Assembly (NCBI GenBank): GCA_976226885.1
Contig: OZ320321.1
Location: 35,836,001 to 35,900,000, forward strand
DNA: 64,000 nt
Direction of reading: 5' to 3'
Source: Iphione sp. A-MEVVRFRX5
Taxonomy: Eukaryota
Below are positions 36,791 to 47,747 of this stretch, piece after piece; position 1 is the first letter of the stretch, and every line of letters begins with the position of its first letter. The notes under the pieces were generated by a model. It ran no database searches, was not told where the DNA came from, and saw only the letters and a list, made by a program, of their open reading frames with translations. A program made the translations under genes and the position numbers.

Positions 36791-38723
36791 CTTCTTCTTT
36801 TTAGGTAGCATCTTCACATTTTCATTGAACTCGTCCCAGAAAGAAAGTCCAATAGTTCCCATACATGAAAACAGGGTTATAACTGCATGTGGAGTACTGC
36901 CACCAAAACATCCATCCACAACTAGGTCATGCCCAAATAAGGTCGGTTATGCCACATGGTTAACTTTGACCTAATTGTTGTTGTCTATGAATCTGCACTC
37001 GTAAAAAACCTGTACCCATCTAATTCAAGTTCTGCAAATGGATGTTTGGCTGTAATAGCATCTGAATGCTCTAATAGCAGAAGTACAGGTGGAGAAAATA
37101 CGTCTACAGATTCAGAGCCATACATGTACCAGAATGGACACAGTCATGTGAACAGCCCCTCACTGTACTTCACACATTGTATTTCACCCTATGATGACTT
37201 TTACTATGACCTATTTTTACAGAAAGTGAACTAATTGTATCTGTGAGATTGGTTAACAGTTGTTGATCTTGATCCTGGCGATCTTTCTGCAGAGCAGTTG
37301 TTGGGTAGACTTGAACAATTCTATGCTACTGTTTGCCCAAAGTCATTGTATATGTGCTCCAAGAGTGACATAAGAAAATCATTAGATATGGATTATACAA
37401 CACCATCACATCACCCTCTTTTCTGCCATACCTTTAGTATCATGCAAGACAATTTAGACAAGGAAATTTGTCATATACTGGATATTCGGAGCACAGGGAC
37501 GCACAAATCTCAATACCAGCCATATAACCTGAAAGAGCAAATCTCCCTAAATATAAATTCTTCTCTCTCCCCCTCCCTCAATAACTGCATTGGAGGCCCC
37601 TACCCACTCCTAAAACATGTTCAGAAATGTCTCTCCCTGTGTTTTACTAGAGGCCCTTCCCCTCTGTTCACTGGGTCATGTATACCTGGCCATGGCACAA
37701 GTTCTGTTTACAGTACATGTATACTCTCATGCTTACTACCAGTACAGAGCTCCTGTTACAAGCTTTCCAATGGCGTATAGCACATGTTTGTAGGATAAGT
37801 AAGTAGATAACAGCATTCAAAAACACCATTAAGTGTAAGAGGTTCCTAGGTAGGTCTATGAAACAAACCATTTTCTCTGCTTTAAAATGTCTGATTGTCA
37901 TAAACCTTATAACTTTGGAAGGCTGCAGATCTGCCCTATCCACATCTATTCATATAGTTGGTCTCTACTTTCTGTAGTCAAAATCATATTACACTCTCTG
38001 CTTCAAAGTCAGGTGTACCTGACCTACTGATAAGGGATAATATCATCGAGCTAGGTAAAGTTGGGCAACAAAGGTTGGTAACTTTTCATTTATTCTATCA
38101 TATTTGACTGGAGACGTCGACGTTTACTTCATGTAACAATGAGATGTGAAATACACAATTGTCAAATTGTCAAATAACCTCACAAAACTTTTTGGCATTA
38201 TGTACCAGACTGTTTTTGGATAGGGTAATATTCCATAGTACTGCACTGGATTTGGGCTGCTTGATTGTGAAGCCCTGTAGTATCTGAACTGTCTAGGTTC
38301 CAACCTGAAAATCACCCGATCTTTTCATCATTACTGATTCCTCATATAGGTAAAGCGTTCATCACAATTGTTAACTACATTATTCTATATCTTTGTAATA
38401 TTTGTCATACATGTATTGAATATGTTTGTTATGTTGGTGATGTTTAAAGACTTCAAGACGTTTTACTCACTTCTCATTGTACGGATACAATAGCAGCTCA
38501 CCCTGAAGGAAGCTCATCTAAGAAGGCAACTCAAAATTCAGTGCCAGTTTTGCTGGTACCAATGCCCTATACTTGAAATACACAAGTATATTAACCCTTT
38601 ATTAATGGCAACCTTTTATTAAGCTTAGAATTGGCTGGTCCCTCCCGTGGTGGCATTAGAGGAGTTCTACTGTACATCAAGTTCTTCCAGTGAAATGAAC
38701 TAACACAAAGTAAGATATATACT

Positions 38724-38928
38724 TATTGCCCCATCGTCTACACTGTCTTTGAATGGAACATTAAATACAAATCACAGGAACACTATAAGTTGGAGACAAA
38801 CAAATACAAGGTTTATTCAAGTGAAACCCTAGTCTCTTGAGACTGACATTTAATACATAACCTGAACTAAACATCACAAATATGACACACAAGGAAAACT
38901 TGGTCTCTTGAGACCAACTAATCATCCA
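38724..38928 (-). repeat. Split direct repeat B2
   Basis: 205-bp copy of 39169-39373, one mismatch seen; contains AATAAA on the minus strand. Confidence 0.95.
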
Positions 38929-39036
38929 TGTTGATGGAACACGACACAATATGGGTATACAACTTAACAGGCACACTTGTTTGCATTATAGAAATGTACA
39001 ATTACTGTTCATCAAGACGGGTGGGAGGGTTGTGGT

Positions 39037-39171
39037 AACTGCACTCGACTGAAACCAACAGGCCACTGACGCTTCTCCCCTAACCACCAACATAGGTACA
39101 GAACAACTCAGTAGGGGGCGACACCTCAACTTGCAATACCTAGCGACCGGCTTTGACGGTAGCTGTACTAT
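39037..39171 (-). repeat. Split direct repeat A2
   Basis: 135-bp copy of 48635-48769, two mismatches seen. Confidence 0.95.
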
Positions 39172-39373
39172 TGCCCCATCGTCTACACTGTCTTTGAATG
39201 GAACATTAAATACAAATCACAGGAACACTATAAGTTGGAGACAAACAAATACAAGGTTTATTCAAGTGAAACCCTAGTCTCTTGAGACTGACATTTAATA
39301 CATAACCTGAACTAAACATCACAAATATGACACACAAGGAAAACTTGGTCTCTTGAGACCGACTAATCATCCA
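39169..39373 (-). repeat. Split direct repeat B1
   Basis: 205-bp copy of 38724-38928; overlaps the YR stop codon and shares TAT with A2. Confidence 0.95.
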
Positions 39374-40053
39374 AACCCAACAGGGGATTATGCCCAGGCT
39401 CTTGGGACATTAGTTTGGCAGCCTGGGCAGACGCCATCATCCTGCTTGTGTACCTGGATGAACCTGGGAGAGTCTTCCACGTTCCTTGCACTAAGATCTG
39501 GCTATCTGAGGCCCCTGCCAGTTGGAGTGCCTGGGCGCCCCCCCTTCTGAAACTATGCAAGGAAAACATCTTAGGGTCATGGCCAATGGCGGACAACGTT
39601 TTCCTCAAAATGGATTGCAACTTTCGTACTGTAAATGGTTGCTTGTATATCGGATCCACGAATAGAGGTTTTTCATTACCTTCGTTCTTAATGACTGATA
39701 ACATGTTGATCATACAAGTGACCGGGCAGTAGACAGCGTTCACACTGGGTATCGTAATTACCTCGGGGGGCCCGGAATTGATGGTTTTTGACCATTTGAT
39801 ACTAACTTGAATACAATCAGATACAAATGAAACATCTTGCCTAGTCAATTGCTTCTTGGAGTCAAAGGCGTCCTGGGTTTTTGGGGCTATGTTGCTTTGC
39901 CTGACAAGTGAGAAGAAAAGAAATGTAAAAATGGCGTTCAGGGCCACTCCCAGATGCCCTAACAGTTGTAGGTAACGAACAATTTTGGACAAAATGTTGA
40001 CTGTGATGGGAGCTTTCTGATCCACCTGGTGTTTGGAATTCACGTGAACAGCC
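39363..40053 (-). pseudogene. Tyrosine recombinase, C-terminal catalytic part (interrupted by piggyBac)
   Basis: FFSLVRQSN (R), SLHSFRRGGA (H-x-x-R), QGTW...SRY (W, Y); joins in frame to 45487-45764 as VATAL-KAVHVNS when the piggyBac and one TTAA are removed (about 322 aa). Confidence 0.92.
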
Positions 40054-40776
40054 TTAACTCTTTGCTGACCGCTAGATTGCGTCATGCGAGCATTGGTTTT
40101 AGGGGTAATGAAGTCAAAATTAGATTTTTAGCTGTTAATAAAGGTATTAAAATGCGATTTTCGGTGTCTGGGCATAGTAGAGATGTGGAAGTAATACATA
40201 GTATCAATGGAATATTTTAAAACAAATGGATTTTATGGAAATGATTATGAATGAAATGTATCAACCACCTCGAAATGGACACTGGAAAGTATCTGCGGAA
40301 TAGACAAGTGCATTTTTCTCTATGAAGGAATAATTTTCGAGCCAATATATAAGTGGATGAAATTTTCCTGAAGTGTTTTCCTATGCAATGATATATGAAT
40401 TTAAAAAGAAGGAGCGAATTTGTTATAACTTACGAGCATTCAAAGTCACTGATGCCACCTGGTGAAAACAACAGTATTATTCTGTAGTTCTGGCATGAAA
40501 CACTAGGGAAGTGACGTACTTGTATAAGCATATTTGAAATGACAACAGGAAAGATCGTAAGCAATAAAATCAATATTTATTCAGCATACACATAGTGTAA
40601 GTATAAAAATGACATTATGTGGAAAAATATTTGAGAAATAAATAAAAAAGGTTTTGAAAACACACAAATTAACCGGTGCATGTACGTCGCGTGACGTCAT
40701 GTTGTTGCATCACTCGCACCTGCAGTTGTGTCTGTAACATTCATTGCAATTTTCCATACAAGATCATCATCTAAAC

Positions 40777-41686
40777 ATGGAGCAAATGTTGCAAGCCTTT
40801 AAGGATGAAGGGTAAGTGTATTTGGTATGGTCCGGTGATAAAATAAGTATATGTTATATAGAATAAATGCAAGAATATATGGAACAAGCGTACATTGCAG
40901 TAGGCCATATGTCACGATAAGAAACACACATCGCTGCATCTGTCCAACAAGAAAAATATTTTTGATATGGGGTGAATCTGGGCACGAATGTATCACTTAT
41001 TGCTAATAGTCTAATGATTTGAACAATATAAATGTGATTTGCACATATGTATGTGACATCATATGATTGTGATGCGATGTATTGCTGGAATTCGTATGAA
41101 CATGTCTTGTGTTAGTGGCACTGATGCCTAGGTGATGAGGTAGTAAGTGAATTACTGTTTTTCACAGGCTAGAGGTTCCTGCAGGCTTGGTCGCCTTGAT
41201 TACATCTGGTCAAGACAGAAAGGCAATTTTTCATAAATTATGGGCAGCGGCGAAGGTAAAGTTCATTGTGACATCACAGATTGTATGACTGTATGTTGCT
41301 CACTAACCAGTATTTGTTCCTATATAATGAAACCAATCAATGCAAAGTACATTTACTCGTGATTGTACAGCATCCTAATTATACACTGAATTGTGCTATT
41401 GTTTGCAGTTACATAAATACATACATGTGACAGTGGTATTTATTCCCCTGAGGAGAAACCTACCTAAATTATTGATAGTGCTTTCCATTGGTATTGATTG
41501 TTATCAGTAGAACATTATTATATGCTGCTTTTTCAGTTTGGTGCTGGCCTAGGGGAGAACAAGAAGACATTTGTTTTCCCAGTCCAAGTACGTCTCGCAG
41601 TTCGAGAGCAATTCCCAGAAGACAGCTACGCAAGCTATGACCAGCAGTACAACGATGATGGCACAGTAAGGAAAATATCTAAGTAA
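40777..41686 (+). CDS. Second piggyBac-internal gene: 3 exons (40777-40811, 41168-41255, 41537-41686), 90-aa protein of unknown function
   Basis: Two GT-AG introns with compatible phases (2, 0) give MEQMLQAFKDEGLEVPAGLVALITSGQDRKAIFHKLWAAAKFGAGLGENKKTFVFPVQVRLAVREQFPEDSYASYDQQYNDDGTVRKISK*; convergent to the transposase; TGACGTCA at 40692-99 upstream. Confidence 0.7.
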
Positions 41687-41883
41687 ACATCATTTCAAAA
41701 ATCCTGTTAGATCCTACTGACATTCACTGTGGATAAAATACATTGAGTATGAAAAAATAATATTGGTTACTATACATTTCAGATTTACTATGTGTCCATC
41801 AAGGAAATGGCCTCTATGCCATATCCAAAGCTGAAAGGAAGCAAATGACTGGCACGAGAGAATGACAGAAGCCATTACCACCA

Positions 41884-44800
41884 TCAGTTTGAATGACAAT
41901 GCCGGTGAGTGCGGTACTTATCAAACTCACGGGAATGCCATATGGGAAAGCAATTCCGCACTCTGTTGAGGCAGAGGTGCACATTGCACTCATCATCCGA
42001 ACATTTGATGTATGATTTGATTTGTTTGTTGAACAGGATGTAACACACCTTACAGTTACGCCTCACGTCTGTGTATGCAGGATCGTGTGGGCCTGTTAAA
42101 ACCAGTGTCTTCCTCCTCTTCGTGGGGTGTGTGAACAATGGTGGCTCCTCCTCATCATCTATGTTTGCTAGTTGGCGGACTAGTTCCTCTCTGTATGAGA
42201 GGTGAGAGTAGCCTGTAACAGAACAAGAACATTGCTAAATGAATGAACAGAAAATACTCACTGCACCAGACAATGTACATACAGATTGTCTTTGCTTTTT
42301 CCCTTCCTGTAGTTACAGTCTCAGGCCATTCAATGAATGACCTTTCATCCTCGCAGTTACTTTGCCATTTAGGTGCATTACCTGTCAGTTGAGCTGATGA
42401 TGATAAAAAAAAAAAGATGCATTTACACATTCTGTTATTACCTGCTTTACGCTTGAGGGCAGGATACTCTGTGTGCAGGTTTCTCCATTCTTGAAAAAGA
42501 ATGAAACTGTTCACGATGGCAACGTCCACCATGTGGAAGAAGAGTGTCTTCCACCATCGGACACACTTCTCAAGACAGTTGTAGCTCTCTATCATTTGAT
42601 CCGCTAGATCAACGCCCCCCATATTCCTGTTGTATTCAGAAATACAGAGAGGCATCCGGACCAGCTGTGGCCTGAAATTTCCTTCAGGATCCTTTCCCCG
42701 ACGTCTTACATACAGTCTGGCGTGTCCTGCATGTTGGGTACTGATCATTGTGACCATTCGTTTGTCTATCCACTGTAGGAAGAGAGTAGGTCCATCCCTG
42801 ATATATCTCATCTCTCCACGTTTGGATTGTTTTGACCATGTCGGATCTTTCAAAGCCTGGAGAGAAAGAAAGAAAACTGAGCATGTTAAGAAAAACAGTT
42901 ATAAAAAAGTAAAGAAATAACATGTTGTCGAAATTCTAATAACCAGTTCACTGAAATGACTGCTATCAAAGCTCCTTCATATTGAGATATTTGGTGAGAA
43001 AGACAGCACTAGCTGACTGTACCTTACAAAATTATTGCATTTCACAATGTTACTAACATATCTTACCGTAGGGAAATGCCTCCTCCAGGGCTGCATTGTC
43101 CCACACATCAGGGTTTTGTATGCATAGAGGTGATCCGCTAAAACTTTTGATGTAAAGAAGTTATCACAGAAAACTCTGTATCCTTGGTTCCTGTACGAGT
43201 CCACGAGTGTAGTGACAACGTCATACCCAAGACCCAACTTGCTTTTGGTGGCAGATCGTCCGGTGTATATGCTAAAAATATGTATGGCAGATAAAAAAAG
43301 AAAGAATGATATCTTTGTATGTAGACTGTCATTAGATTCAAGATTCAGTACAATGTAATAATTCCATACCACACGAGTGAGTGGCTTCCCATTGGGGAAA
43401 TCAGTATGCATACATAATACACATCATTCAGTATTCCTAATGTTTTCGTCACCTAAATCAAATAGTTACCTGAACTTGCATGTATATCCAGTCTTGGCGT
43501 CACATACACACCAGAGCTTATAACCAAACTTTGTTGGTTTGTCTGGCATGTATTGACGGATTGGCGATCTCCCCTTTGACTTAACCATCCTTTCATCCAC
43601 AGATATTGCCATACGTGGTTGAAAGAAGGCTTGGCAAGCATTTTCCATGTGAGTGAGAAGAGGGCGGATCTTCGTCAACTTGTCATTGGCGTCTTCGTGA
43701 CCTGGCGTAGAAACATGAAGCATTGCATTCATGGCCTTGAACCTGCAAAATGTAACATCAGTATGGCAGTCATCGTAGGTGATGGATGGGGGCAGCACAG
43801 TAATGGTGACAGAAATGGTGACAGTGCCTATTCATAGATCATGTATTGGCCAATTTTTACCGGAATAAACAACGTTGATTACTACATACTTCTTCTTACC
43901 TATTTCTTGAGAGAAATTGTCTGGCCCAGCCACCTGAGTATAAGGTGGCTTGGGACCAATTCCGTTCCAAGTCCTTCCTACCAGCAAATCCAGTAAATAT
44001 GATAAGGGCAATCATATTTTTTAATTCCTGTAGACAGACTTCTTCCCAGGAACCATCAATTTTTTTCCCATAGCTGGGCTTATCATGAACGTGTAACCAA
44101 CCGTAAAGGTTAGTATTGTCCACAATTGAGCTAAGATGGAGAGAACACACTAACACAACTCAGCGAATAAAGTGATATGTTGTTTTTTATTAATAATCCC
44201 AACGTTTCGGACACGTATTGTGTGCCTTCTTCAGGGGTCCACAATTGTCTGAAAGAAAACAGGTGCAAATGTCACCAACAATGTAAGCATTTCAAACAAT
44301 TTCTGGCAGTACCATATCTGACATCGAATCAACACTTCTGTTCTATTTTCATATGTACGATAAAAATTGAGTTAGTCATTTAATATATATTAGATGGGAA
44401 ATACATATTTATTCCCAACAACAGGCTGCCTTTGTGACATGTATTCTTCTATACATAACAAATATGATAAGGGGGGTCACGAAAACCACAAGACATATAA
44501 ATAACATACCTGAAGGATAGTATCATCGAAGAATAATTGAAAGAAATCAATTTCTCTAGTAAAACGAGCCATTCCTAATCTAGTGATCCTTTCCGCCAGA
44601 TGGGGCCCAGGTAGGCGAGAAGGCATGAACTTAACACTAGATGGCAGATGGTCTACGTCTTTGTACGTCTTGAAACTGTAATTTATGACAGACAAAATCA
44701 CATTAAATGAGGCGAAGTCATCCCAAAAATTGATTTAATTCCATCAATTTACATATACTGGAGTATTACTGGCAAAATTAAGCATAAATGTTGCACATCC

Positions 44801-45255
44801 ATAAAGACCACGATGCACTGCTGCAAATAAGGTCAACATTACGTCAGGACGACGTCACTGGTTCAATAGGCAGTGCTCTGACCGTCATGCTTATTGGGGC
44901 AAAATTCTTCATTATGGTGGTAGGTAACTATTTCTGACAGCATAAATAGCTTCGATACTCATCAAATTAAAGATGGTAGACATTTTAAATACTTCTGAGA
45001 CATATAATTTTGTAAACAAAATACTTACCCTGAGGGTTCGCCTGTCACATCTAGTGTTTCAACACCAGCGTCAAATTGCAACTCAGTTCCAGCAACACAT
45101 TCAGGTGAAGCAAGCAATTCCATCTGCTCATTCAAGTTGTCTTCCTCTTCTGGGGTTAACCCTTCATTTCCAATGGAATCTATAACAGCTAGACCATATC
45201 CAGCTGATATAAGCTCTTTAGCCCTACGGGCAGCTTCTCTCTGAGGACGTGCCAT
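41884..45255 (-). pseudogene. piggyBac (PGBD4-like) transposase, 7 exons, 614 aa when repaired; disrupted by a 108-bp insertion in exon 3
   Basis: Exons 45255-45029, 44675-44510, 44248-43900 (minus the insertion and one TSD copy), 43742-43470, 43271-43067, 42856-42442, 42212-41884; all six introns GT-AG and in phase; catalytic SVDERM, FCDNFFTS, GGVDLADQ; C-terminal Cys-rich domain CKVC...C...CNVHLCL...CF. Confidence 0.92.
44129..44236 (-). mobile_element. Penelope-like element terminal fragment with a minimal hammerhead-ribozyme motif
   Basis: CCCTGAAGAAGGCACACAATACGTGTCCGAAACGTTGGG then AATAAA; flanked by the 11-bp duplication CAATTGTGGAC (plus-strand copies at 44118-28 and 44237-47). Confidence 0.75.
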
Positions 45256-45486
45256 GACGCAGACGCATGTCTTATCCGTGACTCAATGAAAATGTGTTCG
45301 ATTTTATCTATTTACTTTTATAATCTGAGAAAATGGCACCCAGTTGCTAAAATGTGCTTTACATCAATAACTTAACATAACACAAGTGTTAAATAATACT
45401 TCTTTATTTCAAAATACACAACTCTCATCATGACGTAACACATCATCCAGATCTGGATGATATTCCCATTGGCGGTCAGCAAAGAG

Positions 45487-45764
45487 TAAAGGGCTGTCGC
45501 CACCTTGTGGGATTGGAACACGGTAGTGGTAAAGTCTTTCTGCAGCAGCACGTACTTGAGGGAAGATATATGCTGGCTACAAACCTGGGGGCACAAGCCT
45601 TGCAATGCCAAATATTCAATATACAACAGTAGGTGAATGTCCTCCAATGCATGGAGTGGGAACTGATAGTGTAGACAAAACGCTAAGCCTAGCTCAGCTT
45701 GCTGTATACGTCTCTTGTGAGTTGCGGGAGTCACGGCCTCGTGCTGGCGCTGTATGGCTCTCAT
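45487..45764 (-). pseudogene. Tyrosine recombinase, N-terminal SAM-like part
   Basis: TPATHKRR...LAFCLHY...LLLYIEYLALQGL...QHISSLKY fits the DIRS YR N-terminal pattern; ends at the piggyBac TIR. Confidence 0.85.
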
Positions 45765-45794
45765 GGCAAGGGGCTGTAGTTCCAGGGCTGTAAT

Positions 45795-47747
45795 TTAAAA
45801 TGATAATATTGAGTTGACATTGGATTTTGTCGGGAAGACCCTTTTACAACTCGGGTAGGCAGTTTGAAACCTCCTGACTATAGTGCTGTATTTTGGAGCT
45901 GTACTCAGCCTAGACAACGCATCTACGTACATCATGTCAACACCTGGGACGTGGGTAAATACCAAGGATGTTCTATTCTTAGCTGCTCTCATCCATACTG
46001 CCTGTGATATCATAGCCAGGAATGAGTCTCTGGTTTTACCTGTAGATAACACAAATATTGTTGCGGAGTTGTCACATAGAACCTCCACCTTCTTATTAAT
46101 GTGGTGGTCAGAGATGAGTGTATAGATAGCTAGTGCAGAATTAAATGCTTCAAGTTGAGAAATTGGCAAGTGGCTTATGCGGCTAGGCACAGCCACCGAA
46201 TAATACATAGTATCGGAGTATGCTCCAAGGCCATGCAAGGACGCATCACAGTAGAACCTGTCTGATATGGTCAAAGGTGGTATTAGATGAACGCCATTAA
46301 AGCATGGGAGGTACTGGTGGAACCATTGTAAATCGCGTTTTGATTGATATGACAATCGAATGGTAGTTTGCTCGTTTTTGTGGGCTTGCCTTAACTGTTC
46401 TAACAATGAATTAATAAAGTGCCTTGTAGCGGGACTACACCTTGATATGAAATTAATAAGTCCAAGCAGCGATTGGAGCTGAGTGACTGCTACATTTTGG
46501 TGACTCATTATAGCTGATATAGTGTCAAACAGATCTTGGATTTTTTCAGGCGGAATTGACATAATCTTTCTTTTGGTATCGAAATTGACGCCTAGCCAGG
46601 TGTTCTGATAGGAAGGAGGGGAGCACTTCTCGTGGGCAACTTGGAGGCCTAATTTAGAAAACAATAGAAGGGAATGTTGATATGCATTGGTGATAAGGTC
46701 TAGATTCTGGTGGGCCAATACAAAATCATCTAGGTAGGCTAGGACAACGATTTCAGGGAATTTAAGCTGTATTTTCTGGGATAGAGTTTCAGAAATGGAT
46801 TGTAGGAGGAGGGAAGAATAACGGGTTCTGAACGGGAGTGAAAGATCAGTATAGAATTTGTTTTGGAATTTAAAAGATAGTAGGGGCCAGTCTAGAGGGT
46901 CTATGGGAAAATGCCTATAGGCTCTTTTTAAGTCAATAGTCGCAATATAGAGGGGGGCTGCAGAGGTGGAGATAGTATGTGCTAATTTATCTGTAGTTGG
47001 TAACTGGACCTTGGCCGGAATTGCAAAATAGTTGTTGCGAGGAATCCACTTATTGACATTGCTATGACTCAGATCTACTATAATCCTCCTGTCATCTGAA
47101 CCTTTTTTGGGCCTAGTAGTAATAGGGCTCACTGCTGAACGGGGGAGGAATGGATCTGTATCAAACGGGCCGACTATAGCTTTATAGGATAGCTCAGTTC
47201 ATATATACTTCCGCACATGCGGAGGGTCACCTTGTGCAAGCGGATAATTTGCTTTATTAGCTACAGGTAATGCGTTACCAACATATCCAATCGGAAAACC
47301 GTAGGTTAGAAATTGTGACAACATAAACTGGGAAGGATCGTCAAGGGAAAGTACTTGATACCAGCATTGTAGGTTTAAACAGGAAGATAGGGGAATCTTG
47401 GCCTCTAAGTGATTCGGAAGACCAGTGGATTTAACAGCCGAGTATATATATGCCAGATGACTAGGAAAAAGTTCGGATGGCTTTGGCCAGGAGAGGACTC
47501 TACTGGCCAACAGTGTGTAGTGTGAGGTGGACTCTACGTCCACTGTTGGTTCAATGTTCATAAATGGATAAGTGGATAATAGCTCATCTGTAGTAAGGCT
47601 GCTCTGGTCTGATGGCTGCGGGCCTGGACGGTGGTCCAGGTGATCTACCACTCTGGGTCTTGACGTTGACGGCGGAACTCTTGACCATTGCTGCTCTGTT
47701 TCGTCGCGCTCGGTCCCGGCATCTGCTGTCTCCTCCTGGACCGACAC
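45795..47747 (-). pseudogene. DIRS-order pol (RT and RNase H) with one in-frame stop at 47199-47201
   Basis: FLTYGFPIGY...KYI*TELSYKAIVGPF continues in frame into ORF 45795-47132 with IDLKRAYRHFPI, AYLDDF, FYCDAS, QLEAF, LCDNS, DALSR. Confidence 0.93.

Larger units (their letters stand above)
40058..45486 (-). mobile_element. piggyBac DNA transposon, 5429 bp
   Basis: 15-bp perfect TIRs CTCTTTGCTGACCGC (40058-72) / GCGGTCAGCAAAGAG (45472-86); flanks TTAA (40054-57) and TAAA (45487-90); internal PGBD-type transposase. Confidence 0.95.

Noticed and set aside
40450-40466. CTCF-like motifs (CACCAGGTGGC here and near 32785)
   Set aside because: Short motifs expected by chance; no supporting context
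44129-44156. Acceptor at 44131 as the native start of transposase exon 3
   Set aside because: Out of phase with exon 2 and inside the insertion; the native acceptor is TTTCAG at 44249-50
45372-45486. C-terminal part of ORF 45372-45764 (YSLLTANGNIIQ...) as recombinase sequence
   Set aside because: It is read-through into the piggyBac TIR; the true continuation is at 40053
45764-45795. DNA N6-adenine methyltransferase domain (PAT/DIRS type) after RNase H
   Set aside because: Pol ends about 30 bp before the YR start, leaving no room or motif, which supports Ngaro rather than PAT
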